From: Callorhinchus milii
Lineage: Eukaryota
Reading direction: 5' to 3'
Assembly (NCBI RefSeq): GCF_018977255.1
Contig: NW_024704755.1
Span: 15,562,001-15,626,000, forward strand
DNA: 64,000 nt
Position numbers and translations under genes: made by a program. This document shows positions 37,438 to 50,402 of this stretch, piece by piece (position 1 is the first letter of the stretch; each line of letters starts with the position of its first letter). The notes under the pieces are model-generated. The model had not been told where the DNA came from, did no database searches, and saw nothing but the letters and a program-made list of their open reading frames with translations.

Positions 37438-40400
37438 TGTGATCAGTTGTTGAGACTCACCCTGAACCAGTTGTTGGTGTAACAAACGTTGCTGACTGTT
37501 TAATAAGAAATATCTCTCAGTGTCGTTTGACTTCCTGAGTCCGTGGTTGAGAGATGGGTTGGTTGTGATTGGCAAAGAAAGGTGTACCTTTCAATAGTAA
37601 TTGGAGCTACTGCTCAGATCAGGACAATGGAGGGTTAAATATTGCCATTATCTGTGTTATTTTTTCTGCATTATTTCTTACTTTTCACAGTAAACATTCA
37701 CGTTCATAATAAGTAACTATAAGAAAATAAAACTGAAATACAGAGCTATGGAAACAACGTTCTCTTCAGAGGATAACACTTGCCTTTGATTTAGCCCCTT
37801 ATCACGTCGTATATACAGTAAAGTGAATCAACTGTACGTTTTGTGGGAGAAACGTAATTAAACAACGGTTAGTTTGTTGTAGCCTAAAACTGATGTTAAA
37901 AAAATGTTTAACATCGGTTTTAGGCTGCACCACGAGAACCTGTCGAAATTAGTGAAAGGACACGGAGTATACCGAGTGATCTTTAAGGCAAACGCAAAGA
38001 TTTGCTTAATTTAAAGCTATGAGCCACTGTATAACATTTCATCTGGAACCTGAGCAGTTAATCCTTGAATGCATTACCATGTTGAATGTCTCTCCATATT
38101 TCATTTATGCAATTCAAAATCATGAATCATGATAATTTCAGCAACAAAACATTATGTTTCAGGTTAAGACAACATTTAGTGAAAGTTTAATGATAGATAT
38201 AATAGAAATAAAATATTTTTTTACAAAGTCTTGTTTATCTCAATTGCTACAATCACGTGAACAGCTTCTCTGATAAATTGAACATGATGAAACACAACTT
38301 ATGAGCAATTGCATGCTTAGTACAGTGAGTTAGAAAACGAAGCACAGGAAATGTCGGTCGCAGAAAAATCTCCAAGAGGATCCCCACATTTAAACCTAGT
38401 GGCAGAGTTCAAACATGGAGTGTCTAGACCTGGGACATTTGACCCTGAGAAGTAATCGCTTTTCAGACACTTGAGATGCAAGCAGAGTGTTTGTCAATTG
38501 TATGGGAATCACTGGGACATCTTCGTGATTTGGGAAAAAAGGATAATAAACGTTGGCCCTCAGAAGTTAATCAGTATGATAGTGATCCATTGAATTAAGG
38601 TCACGACAGAGACCTTATGGTCAACGTAGAGGAGGTTCCAGTGGTCGAATTCAAGGTGGGTGGGCGGGGTGGGGATATTTAGGCAAATGTGAATCAAATA
38701 AAACCCTTTAAAGGGAATGATCCTTGTTGCCTACAATGAACAACTAACATAATTGTAGATTGGATCCCGTCAAACAATAATTTGTTTTAACCCGGTGTAA
38801 TACAATTTCAGTATTCATAAAGCGGTAGTTGACAGTGTGAATGCGAGATTGTCTTAAAATATTCTCGAATTCAAGAGGGGTAACGTTGTGATCCCGCTTC
38901 ACAACTGAAATTGTGAATATATTTATTAACCCATGTAGTTGAAAGCACTATTTGAATTAATAGTGAACAATGTTTATGTAGGCTAGAAAAATGTCAAGAT
39001 GTCTATCATAGCTGAAGGTTGTTGAAGATGTTTTCCATAACACATTCATGTTTTAATTAAGGATTGTGTTAAAGATGAGATAGCTGAAGATGTCATCCAT
39101 AACAAATTCATGATTATGTCAAAGATGTTTTCTATAACAATTCAAGTTTTATAACAATTCATATTCGTCTATAATAATAACAATTCTGCAGGTGTAGTAA
39201 CAATTTTGCAGATTATATTTGGTTATTATTTTATGTCAGGTAATTGCTTCATAGAAATGAAAATGGAAAGATTTTACATTCTCATCCTGACTGTGGAAAA
39301 TTGATTATAAAAGACAAGCTGTATCATTGCAGCTACACTCGCAACTCAAGAATCCAATATGGAATGTAGATTGGCACACAGACAACACACAATTAGACAT
39401 TTCATCTTATCTATTCTCATCTGGGAGGACACATTTTGGCCGTGCTGTTCTTTGAGTGGGCAATTCATTTTGACCCACCGTTGCAGTTCTTTCAGCATTG
39501 AAGTGCAGACAGGCTGTTCTTTGTTTTTCAGTTTCATTTAATGAGCTTTCTTTTGTCTAGCATTTTTACTTATCCTTGAAAGGTTTGATTTTTGTGTAGG
39601 CATCTTTATAATGATAAATTTAAGTGTATAATTTATAATCACTGGAACGTTCTCCCAACATGAAATGTGCATTAACAATGTAATTTTGGTTTTCTTGCTG
39701 TGTCTTAGCTTCATCTGTGTCCTTTATTTTGTTCCCTCCATCAGTTGGCCACATGTGTGCTCTGTGACACAGGTTGCCATAGCGCTACTTTGACTTTGCG
39801 GCCACCAGGTGTAAATGCAGGGAAAAGTGCAATAATGAAATACATTTTAGGTCATAGCTCGTGAACGATAGGAGATAACCAAAAACAAAAATGTCCATGT
39901 CACTCCCAAGTGCAGAACGGCTGAAATCGTTTGAAAAGTAACGGGAGGAGAAGAACAACAGTGTGTTGCAACTACGAAGTAAAGTACCCAGTTTAGCTGT
40001 ACACCATTGATGATTCAAAGGACATGTGTCTGTACTATTGACTGTCTGTTGTATTTGTTGTAATTGAACTCACAAACTTTACATTTCTTATGAAGTAAAG
40101 ATTTTCAAAGCTTGAGTTGCTGAGTGTCTTTGGTGCCTCTGTTCCCGAGTCCTTAATTAAAGGAGAGCTATGAAGGATAAGCTTGTCTTATTCTGCTGAT
40201 TGCCCAGAACCCAACACTACCCGTTGCCAGGAAAGCTGGTTATGGCAGGGACACTGCACGCAATTAATTAGTTTAATTCTATGGAATGAAGATGCTAGTG
40301 AGGGCATTACCAAGGAATGAGGTTGGATGAGCCAAAGAACCTTCTTCATTCGAAAATATCTTATGATCTTGTGAAACTATTATATTTACATATGGTGGTG

Positions 40401-41094
40401 TTTAGACAGCCAGTTTGCAGAAGAAAATCTTTATTTGGGAGGATTTTAAGCTAGTCCATAATGATAATACCAGAACTATGTAAATATTTTGCTACATACA
40501 TTTCAGTAAAAAAAATCTTTATTTAATGTGTCAGTGCAGTGGGCTAGGATGCCCACTGTACCCACATTCGATCTAATTTCACTCTTATACCTTTACAGAG
40601 GTCCGTGTTTCTCTCTTGTGTCTCATATGTATCTCTGGTGGTCTGTATTCATTGTTTTCGGGTTAGAATTTCCAGCTGCAGTGGAGCGCACATCAAACAT
40701 TTCTGAACTTGTCCTTAAATGGTCTGTAAAAGCAACATTGTCTGTCATTAACAGCTTTGTGTGATGCAAATTAATTACCGTAAAATATTCTTTTTCGTTG
40801 TCGCTAATCTTTGTCAGAATTTATTTCTGACAATGCTTAACAAAATGCTTAAGACCTGTTAAATAATAATAATGATGATAATAATGATGATAATAACAAT
40901 AATCCTTGCATTTGATATAGCACCTTATCACATCATTGACACATCTCAAAGCACTTCACAGAATATACTGTAAAGTGAATTGATTGTATATTTTGTGGGT
41001 GACAAAAATGTATTGTTTTACAATCCATGTATGAAGTGTAATGCTAAAACATTGATATGACTGCATAAGTCTTTGAAGTGTATCCCGTGGGCAG

Positions 41095-41785
41095 GAAATG
41101 TTTGTTTATCCTTCCACCCCCACATCCGGTCCCTCATCAGCACCGCTTTCTTCCACCTCCGACGCATCGCCCGTCTCCACCAATACTTCTCCCCAAAGGC
41201 CGCTGAAACCCTGTTCCATACCTTTGTCAACACCCGGCTGGACTATTCAAATGCCCTCCTCGCCGGTCTCCCATCCACTACCATCCATAAAATCCAACTC
41301 ATTCATAACTCTGCCACCCGCATCCTCACCCGCGCAAAACTCCGCTCCCCGATCACCCCAGTCCTTGCCAGACTGCACTGGCTGCCTATCCCAGAGAGGA
41401 TCAATTTCAAGATCAAGTCCCTGCACTCCTCTGCACCCCCCGGCCTCTCTGACCTCCTCTCTCCTCAGCACAGTACCCGTTGCCTTCATTCCTCTGGGTC
41501 TGGCCTCCTCGTTATCCCCCGCTGCTCCACCCTCGGTGTCCGTGCCTTCAGCCACTATGCCCCCAGGCTCTGGAACTGCCTTCCTTACTCCCCTCGTCTC
41601 GTTCTCTCCCTTCCCATTTTCAGGTCTCTGCTGAAGACCTTTCTTTTTGACCGGCCTTTGGTCATGTTCCCACCCCTCCCCCTCCCCGTGGCTCGGTCCC
41701 GGGATCCGAAACTGTAAAGCGCTCTGAGACGTCATCCGGCGTGGAGGGCGCTATATAAATCCAAGTTGCTGTTGTTGTTGTTGTT
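41095..41785 (+). mobile_element. Relatively young L2 3' fragment with a 214-codon open frame
   Basis: ORF 41073-41717: AFFHLRRIARL...RLDYSNALLAGLP...LHWLPI.ERINFKI; (gtt)n tail. Confidence 0.92.
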
Positions 41786-44700
41786 GAGTCCTGCAGTATA
41801 ACATTTCATGTTATGTTAGATGTATCTTAAAAGAGAATGGCGTTTGGTTTAGTGCCTTTCAGTAACATGTAAGGTCTTGGGCCACACTTAATTACCAAAA
41901 AAAAACACAATGGCATATGTAACAAAAAAAATGGAAAATATGTACATCAAAAGTTAATGGGTCCTTTTAAGGAGTGAGGGGCAGAATGCAAAAAACATAG
42001 CCATTTTGCGTAATGGAAAATGACGCTTGCTGCAAAAAATGCGGTTCTGGTGGTTTTGGAAATTTCGAAAGTCAAATGTGAACTATTTCAGTTAATGATA
42101 TATTTTAGTGTACGCCTAAAACTAATACTTACAGTGCGTAACTGTGGTTGTGCACTTAAAACATTGGTTAGAATTATATCTTAACAGTGATTGTTATCTG
42201 AGGTTCAGCCTAACCGTTTATATGTCTTATGTATTTGGTCACAACTAACTTAGAGGAAGCAAATGTTGCACATTTTTGCTGGGTAGTGGGCGTTGTTAAT
42301 TTGGTTTGTGTATCAATAAATCTTTCAAACATTAATGATAAAAACATGACCAATGAAATATTAACAGATTATGAAGATGGAACTGGAAAATTGATTTAAT
42401 TAAAAGTACCACACAGAAACACACATGACAGCGGCACAGACACATTTGAATTATTGCCTCACATAAATGATTGTTTCTTCATAAGATTGGACTTGTTCAT
42501 AGATATTCTATAGAACCGTCTTAAATTAGATCAGAAACTGTGTACTTTAAAAGAAAAGTTTAGAAGGTTTCTTTGACAGCCAGCGCCCAACATATATGGA
42601 AACTAATTGCCATGCTTATGAGCACCCAAACCAGATGCAGGGTTCCATGTATTGTACCCTTGTAGCTCAATATTGTAAAGAGGGATTATTTTATTGAGAC
42701 ATTCTCCTGGCATGAAGGGAGCAATACAAATGTAATCATGTTGTTGCTGTTATTATGTTTATATTTACTACTGAAGGATGGCACCTCCAACAATGCCACT
42801 CACTCAGCACTGCATTGGGGTGCAGCCCAAGCTATATGAGTTGTAAGTGTCATGGTGGTGCTTCAATCCACACCTTCTGACTCAGAGAGTGCAACCAACT
42901 GAGCGAGACTGACAGACTGACAAATATTTCCACACAGTGAGCCACATTTAAACTGTGTGTTTGGAGTTAAATTTAATAAACCGTGTTCTAAATCTAGTGT
43001 TCTAAATCTAGATGAAAACAAAACATTTGCATTGTAATTAGTGTTCTGTGACACACTAAAGGTTGCAGATGCAACACGTTAGAAAGATCAGTTTCTTCCT
43101 GTTAGGTATATTTTAGGTACTCCCACACTATAACCTTTTCACTGAGGTTGTTGCATTGCACCATACTTTGTCAAGTTCTTTTTAAGTTTAACTCATAACA
43201 TGGTCACTGTTAGTTTTCAGTGCAGCCAGTCTAAGATAAATTTGAGTTATTCACTTCATTGCAATACTTTGTGAATTCACAAATATCACAAGAATTAAAC
43301 ACTTTAATAAATATTCATCAAACAATTGAGACTTTTTTTACGTCTTTGAATCGATGAAACTGCTGGAATATTCATAGTTATAATGATAGATGATTTCCCT
43401 AAGATATTAATAATGGAAGACGGAGACCATTGATAATCCTCAAGTTGGTATGCACACAAGTGCACCTAATCTTTGTTCTCATGAATTGCTATGATTTAGA
43501 TTTGTTTTGTCGTAGCACCTAAGCAATTGTTTGTGGCATTTATGTTTGACCTTGACATAGGTGAATTAGTCCAAAAGACAATATTTACATAGTTTGAAAG
43601 CTTTGAAAGGGGAAACTATTAAGTTTGGCATATAATTTAAGAACATGAACGGTAAAAAAAAATAGAAAACTGAGGGAGATAAAGAGTTTCACATTTTTAA
43701 GAACATGGGGAAAACATCAAGTAGGGTAGTAGATGGTGCAGACAGTTTGATTTCAATATGGTCATTCATGTAAATGGTTATGGATGTGGAAAAATGATAG
43801 GTTACTCATATGAGAAAATAATAATTTCCATCTTGATAAAATCTGCTCTTCAGAAATGTATTGACATGTGAGGTAATTTAAATAAGGTGAACATATGATT
43901 CTGTAAATTTTCAGGGCTATAGGGTAAGAGAGGGGAGTGGGACTAGTTGGTTAGCTCTTACAAAGACAAGGCATAGGCAAGATGGACCAAATGGCCTCCT
44001 TCTGTGCTGTAAGATTCTGTGATTCTATTATTCCATGCTGAATGCAGTTTTACAAGCATGTCTGTACTAAGTTTTCTTTCCCCCGCAAATTGATTACTGG
44101 GATTGTGTAGAAAAAAGAGCCTACAGTGAATTCTGCGATGCTTTTTGAGGCATGCAACATTCATTCATTCATCCATCTGTTGTAAGTTGTTAAAGTGGCA
44201 TAAAAGAAACACTTATGAAGTTTTGAAAAATGGCCGACTTTGGAGAACAAGCAGCATATTGAGGAAGTAGACCCTAGCAGGGGTGGGAAACCCTGACCAG
44301 ACCCTCATGTTCTGACTCAAGGCCTCAAACTGTCATCTCAGTCACATAATGTATGGGTTGATGCTTGTGATCTGACTCAATGTGTGCTTTAAAGTTACTT
44401 CCCCTTATCCTAATTATCAATCAGGGAACATACATTCACAAACTGTGAGACTATCATGTGTTCACGTGACTTCAGAGAATCCCGTTAGAGACTTGGTTTT
44501 GTTGGGATTTCCAATCCCGAGGTTCAAATAATAACCTGACAATCCAATTCAGGTGTAATGGAGATTTACTAATCAAAGTAACACATACAAAACTAGTAAA
44601 ATAATACTGTCACTACAAGTAATAGAACTTATACCACCAGTTTTGCAGCAGTCAGTCAGTTGCGATGGTTTCAGCACACCTTCTCTCCGATGCCCTCTTT

Positions 44701-46785
44701 GTCTCGCTGGATCTGCTGCCTCACTTACCTAAAGTCAGGGTAGTTATACGTTTTCCACCTAGGGATCTTCCCCCATTCTTCTCCAATCAAGCATCTTAGC
44801 GCATACTCAACATACTCGATCCTTGCACATCCTTTTACCCATGTCTTCTAGATAAGCAGACCCTTTTGAGACAAAGCACCTTGCTCATTATTCTTCAACA
44901 CAGGACATTTTGCTTCTCCCTTCCAAAGCTGGAGCCTGTCTCTGTCTGGTAGAAACATTTATAAAAACCGCAGTCCAACTTAAGTAAGTTAATTAACTCC
45001 AGAGCATCGCTGAGTGATTGCAGAGAACAATGAAGATTGAAAGCTTGGACAAAGAAGACAGAAGACTAAAAGCTAGGAAAAATGGAAGGCTTGATTGCTT
45101 GAAGAACTAACGTTAGCTTGCTGCAACGTTCGGTAGTATTGCTCTGTTTTATTAAGATGGACGTGACTTTTTTTTACACATGTATGCATAATTAAATGTT
45201 TGTTTTGATTAAAACATCCTAAGACTCTGGCCTGTTGGTATTACTGAATCCGAACCTGTTTTGAGTGGTTGCAAACACTCTAACACATCCATCCATCCAT
45301 TTATATGACACAGCTCTTCCAAATGAACCATGCAGACACCCAAAGCATGCAGAAAACGTGTTTATTGTTCGATTCTGATATACAAATCTGTACACCTTTA
45401 ACATTTACTCTCTATTAAAATTGAGCTACTATATATCTAAGTAAACTTATTTTTCTCCACTTAAGCCCACATGCATAAAATAATCTGCACATTTCTGAAG
45501 CAGATGGAGCTATCTGTTTACCTGCAAAACACTTCTCAATTATTAAAAAATGTTAAGGTATCCTAGGGATCTGAACAATAGGAAAATCTGTTACTACAGG
45601 AGATTACCTAATATGAAATTTTGCATCTGTAATAATAGAATCATTGCTTTATAATGTAATTTGTTTTTTTGACAGTTCCACATATGATGGATGAGAGATA
45701 ACATTGTACAGTTGAACGTCGACAAGACAAAGGCTCACCTTCTTGGCTTCAAACAGGGCCTCTCAATGGGCAGTCAGCATCAATTTACAACAACAACAAA
45801 TTATATTTGAATAGATCCTTTCATGTCGGGACGACATCCCAAGACACTGATATAATAATCCTTGCATTTAATATAATGTCTTATCATGTCTTCAAGACAT
45901 CTCAAGTGAGTCACACAATATACTGTAAAGTGCATAGACTGCATATATTTTGTGGGAGAAATGTGGTAGCCAGTAACCACAGCAGTGTCCCACAAACAGC
46001 TGTGAATTTAGCTACCAATTTATTATTATTATTATTATTTTTAAGGGATTATTACCTCGGAAAAGCGACTATCAACTGTGAGTTCCTACTTACTGCTGGA
46101 TAAACAAAAACATATGGAGTAAGGAAACATGCCCAACATTTTGCCATGCCCGGGAATCAAACCCCAGGTCTTCTCGATTGCGAGGTGAATGATCTAACCT
46201 CCAGGACTCCGTGGATGCACATTCCACCTCATGGAGGTGTAGAACTTTGGTGTTGACTCTCAACTGTCCTTTAAACCCCAAATCTGCCTTGATCCGTTCA
46301 GCTGTCCCCCACCTCAGCAACTTTGCTGGCCCTCCGGCCTCCAAGACCCTCATCCATGCTACTATCACTGCTTATTGGAAATGAATCAATCTCTGAAATA
46401 ATTTTGCCAAGTATTTATTAAAGTATGCATTTTGGTAAGTTTCATTTTAGTGATATAATAGCTGTGTTTTTATCTTAGATAAACCATATTTAGGTTTAAG
46501 CACATTATTATATTGATACAGATATTAATGGTTAATTAAAATAATATATACCTGTCAAATATTAGCTTATCCAGACTGAAGCAGGAGGGTTTATTTTCCT
46601 TTAAGCATAATTTGTTGACCGAAAACTAAAATAAAAAACAGACACTGATAACTACAGGTACCTCTGGAAGTCATGGTCGATTAGTGGCGTGATACTGGCA
46701 CATACGTGAATGAACAAAGGCCACGAGGCAAGACCTGCCACTTAAATACGTCAATACTTTGTGTGTGTGTATGGCTCATTGCTTT

Positions 46786-46941
46786 CTAGAGACAGTCTCT
46801 GTTGCTCCTCTGTAGCTTTTTCATCTGTATTTCTGCATACTCTGTATTCTTGTCATTGTGATTAAGCGTTGCTGTTTTCTTGGAGCCAGACAAATCTAAA
46901 GCAGCATAGGTCACTTTGTTACTGGATGTCCCCTGTTTGGT
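46786..46941 (-). CDS. Gene 4 terminal exon (ITIM VTYAAL, ITSM TEYAEI, stop)
   Basis: ttttacag| acceptor, 51 aa then TAG. Summed exons give 1101 nt, a 366-aa open frame. Confidence 0.87.
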   Translation of the reverse strand, partial: TKQGTSSNKVTYAALDLSGSKKTATLNHNDKNTEYAEIQMKKLQRSNRDCL

Positions 46942-47810
46942 CTGTAAAATCAATGTTTCCCAATATCATTAGTTCAAGTGTGACTAATATAATAGCTTGA
47001 CCGAAACTAGTGGATCAATTTGTAAGCATTTGTAGTCATGCCTTAGCCTCATTAATGGTGACCCATATTATTCATAATTTTGAAGGGTTATGATAGAGTA
47101 ATATATTATCTCTATTATTGTGCAATAAAAAGTAACCAGAGGGAACAAAGTTAAGATAATCACACAAAACAATTCAATGGATGTTAGAAAAAAATCTTTG
47201 TTCAAAAGATGGTTTGAGTATAGAATTTTCTGCCGCAACCCGTAGTGGAAGCAGAGACCATGAATATTCTTAAACGGAAATGTTTAAATAGATAAATGAG
47301 TGACGACATCAATGAGTGGGGAGAGTAAGCAGAAAAATGTCATGTATGTATGTTTGTAGTTTTGTTTGTAGGTAGTATGTATAATGTATGAACGTATGTA
47401 ACTCACATTCAATAATTATTATGATTAGATTATCCCATGCTGAAAAAACACAAGGGCAAATTTGACGAAACGATTGACCTGTTTTGGAGTGGTAACATTT
47501 TGTGATATGTGAAGTCCCAGTGGTGCTACTCTGCTGCACTTGTCGCTTAACATGAGGAATGGGCATTTGGGTAAATAATGAACGATTGCTCAAAGTATTG
47601 CAACACTGTGGTTGCAAAATCGGTGGTTGAGGTGGGCGTGTGAAAATTTTGAGAAGCAAGTAAGAATGTTTAGGAACAATTGTCCCCTACAATCAAGTAT
47701 GCAAAGCCTGTTGAAAATTATTTATTGTACTTAGATTAGTGAAGTATCCAAAAATCGGTTGGATGAAAGTGATTTGTGTCTTGGTTTTCGCGTGTTTTGT
47801 AAATCTTTAC

Positions 47811-47921
47811 CTGGGCATATACTGTCCTCTCCTCCTGATGCTTGGGTTTTCCAACTTTTTTAGAACCAGTTAAATCCAATGTGGCATACACCATCCTCTC
47901 AGCATCTGCTTCCATCGCAGT
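47811..47921 (-). CDS. Gene 4 exon 6, 111-nt cassette (MVYATL ... TVYAQ)
   Basis: Phase 0-0, aacag| acceptor, CAG|gtaaag donor; read-through would stop at 47736-47738. Confidence 0.85.
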
Positions 47922-48358
47922 CTGTTAAAACACAGAATGGAGTTACATTGTCATTTGCGTTCACCGCTCTGCAGAATTTTGTTCCGTTCCTAAATAAGTT
48001 GTCTGAATGCATTTTTTTTACCAATCTTAACCAAGTTGGAACGTATTTTCTTTCGCACGGAGACCAATCACTTTAAGTTGCATTATATTTCTTCTCGCAC
48101 AGTTCCTCTGTGAACTGCTGCGATCGCTCACTATCCTTCAGGAACATTGGTACCATTTCTGCCACAACCCCCACCCGATCCACCAGTGAAGCTATCCAAC
48201 CATTCTACTCCGCGCTACGGTAACGCTTTCCGGAATCACAGCCTCAGCTGCCGGTCTCCTTTCTTTTAAGCATCCCATATTGGTTTAATATATCACTGAG
48301 TGGTTTTATATTTAAAATGGTCTCACTTAAATTGCTTTAATTGTGTTAAAAACCTTAC

Positions 48359-48396
48359 CCGTTTTCCGGGGCAGTCCGTTTCATTTGGTATCACGC
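48359..48396 (-). CDS. Gene 4 exon 5, cytoplasmic linker GVIPNETDCPGKR
   Basis: 38 nt, phase 1 to 0, ttcag| acceptor and strong G|gtaagg donor. Chosen on phase and splice strength; not homologous in sequence to the gene 2/3 linkers. Confidence 0.62.
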
Positions 48397-49127
48397 CTGA
48401 ACCTAACCATGAATATAATTAAAATCAATCAATGAAATATTTATTCTTTTTTCATGCTCCGTAATTTCAAAGATATTTGGAGGTTCACTCAACATAAAAT
48501 CGAACATAAAGCTTCAATACACAGTTATATACATAGTACATGTTTCTTCTATACACATTTGGCATTTATTTAAGCGCTGTATTTAAGGTTTCCAAGACGG
48601 TACTCGTGTGAATGGTCCTGTATTAATGCAAGTTGTTCTTCTTGTTGTTATTGTTGTATTGGATTATTTAAAAGTTCATCTGATTCAAACGCTTTCTGTC
48701 CCAGGATTACAATCCGCTGCCTATCTAAATCTTCCCTTTCACAATGTTTACCTCGCAAGTTCAGCGTCCCATAAAAAAAAAAATAATAATCCCTGCATTT
48801 GATATAGCACTTTTCACGTCGGGTGGATGTCCCAAAGCACTTCACAGAACACACTGTAAAGTGAATTGACTGTATATTTGTGGGCGAACGATAAGAAATA
48901 CACCTTGATTTACAGTGCGCTTTATTCTACTTGTTCAGGTTTGTGGCTCCTGCACTTTGGGACTGGTCCCTTCACTCCCTTTCAGAATAAAAACAAGCAA
49001 TAATCGAGGTCTATCATAAAACTGTGTCTTCAACTCTATGTCCCGGGATGGGGTGCTTTTACTCGCTGAATAATTTCTACTGATATTAAACTTTTAATAT
49101 GAGTAAAAAAAACAAATGATTTCTTAC

Positions 49128-49241
49128 CTTTCCGTTTCTTTAGTCTGCATCCGATTGCAAAAAGGATGAAAATAACCAATAATGCACACGCACCACCTGC
49201 ACATCCAGGTGCAAGTAAATTGTTTGTCCAATCACCGATCC
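49128..49241 (-). CDS. Gene 4 exon 4, transmembrane exon
   Basis: 114 nt, phase 1-1: GIGDWTNNLLAPGCAGGACALLVIFILFAIGCRLKKRK; uncharged TM span. Confidence 0.9.
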
Positions 49242-50090
49242 CTACAAAGGACAGAATAACCTAAGGTGGTGAAACCGACACCTTCTAGAGCGAGTCTTCC
49301 ATCATAGAGTATGTTGCTTGTTCTGCAAAGCAGAGAGACTAAAAGTTGAAGCAATTTGCTGCAACTCTAATTGCCCAAATAATAATAATAATCATAATAA
49401 TCATTGCATTTGATATAGTGCTTTTCACATCTTCGAGACATCCCAAAGCGCTTAACAGAATGTACTGTAAAGTGAATTGACTGTATGTTTATGGGCTAAA
49501 CGCTGCAGGCAATTGCACATAGCAGTGACCAACAAACAGTCATGGATTGAAGTGACCAATTTTTTTTTCTTGAGGGATTATTATCATGTGCGTGGAGTCG
49601 CCCAATGTTTTGCACTGCCGAAAATCGAACCCAGGTCTCTCACTTGCAGAGCGAGTGCTCTAACAACTGAGCTACAGCACACCTACACGTCAGGAAACGA
49701 TTTCCACAACACTATGCTCCAACCAATGAATCTAAATTTAGTGATTGTATTGCTAAAGATATTGCATCTTTGTTAAACCGGAAACAACATCGACCTTGTT
49801 TATTGTGGCAATACTTTGCAGAAATGTTTCAGTAAAAAAACGTAATGTAATCTTAGCTTCATTGTACAACAGACTTGTCCGTGAAGTGATTCTAAAATGT
49901 ATATATTTTTGTTGATAAACATGAGGCACGCCACAGCATCAATATTCAAATACGTATACTTTATATAATGATAGCATGTTTCCATGACATCAATAGTGTA
50001 CCTATAATTTCCAACACGGATTAATACTAGACACCAACCCCGTCACAACTTACCTATCATATAATAATTCTAAGATTGTTGGCGACCTAC

Positions 50091-50402
50091 CTGTGTGAGG
50101 AAGCAAAACCGTATAGTTGGCAATCCCTGGATTCTGGAGGCTGACGTGAGATACCAAACAGGTATAAACATCTCCACTCTGAACAGGCTGTGTCTCCTCC
50201 AAATAACTGTGAGCTTTAAACAATTGCCCGGGATTCCTCTGCTCAGTGATAGTATTCACTGTTGTAATTTCTATGCCATTTTTATACCAAGTGAGGTTGA
50301 GATTCTCCGGGAAAAACTCAGCCGTTTCACACACAAGAGTCAGAAATACAGACAGATTTCTTTCGGGATCCATGCGGGAAATCGCCAGTGGGGTTGGGGG
50401 AA
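50091..50402 (-). CDS. Gene 4 exon 3, Ig C1-set domain
   Basis: 312 nt, phase 1-1; VPPTPLAIS...LVCETAEFFPENLNLTWYKNG...YTCLVSHVSL; donor AG|gtaggt. Confidence 0.92.

Noticed and set aside
38300-38700. Possible gag-like remnant
   Set aside because: No recognisable motif; frames are broken.
44500-45000. Possible second solo LTR starting TGTTGGG
   Set aside because: I could not find a matching CA end with a target-site duplication.
48904-48978. Alternative candidate for the gene 4 linker exon
   Set aside because: The best acceptor gives an in-frame TGA, and the only open version needs a poor acceptor and a weak donor. 48359-48396 fits the phase with strong sites.
18694-49241. An activating receptor within the window
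   Set aside because: All three TM exons present lack a charged residue and no ITAM was seen; the gene 5 TM lies outside the window.
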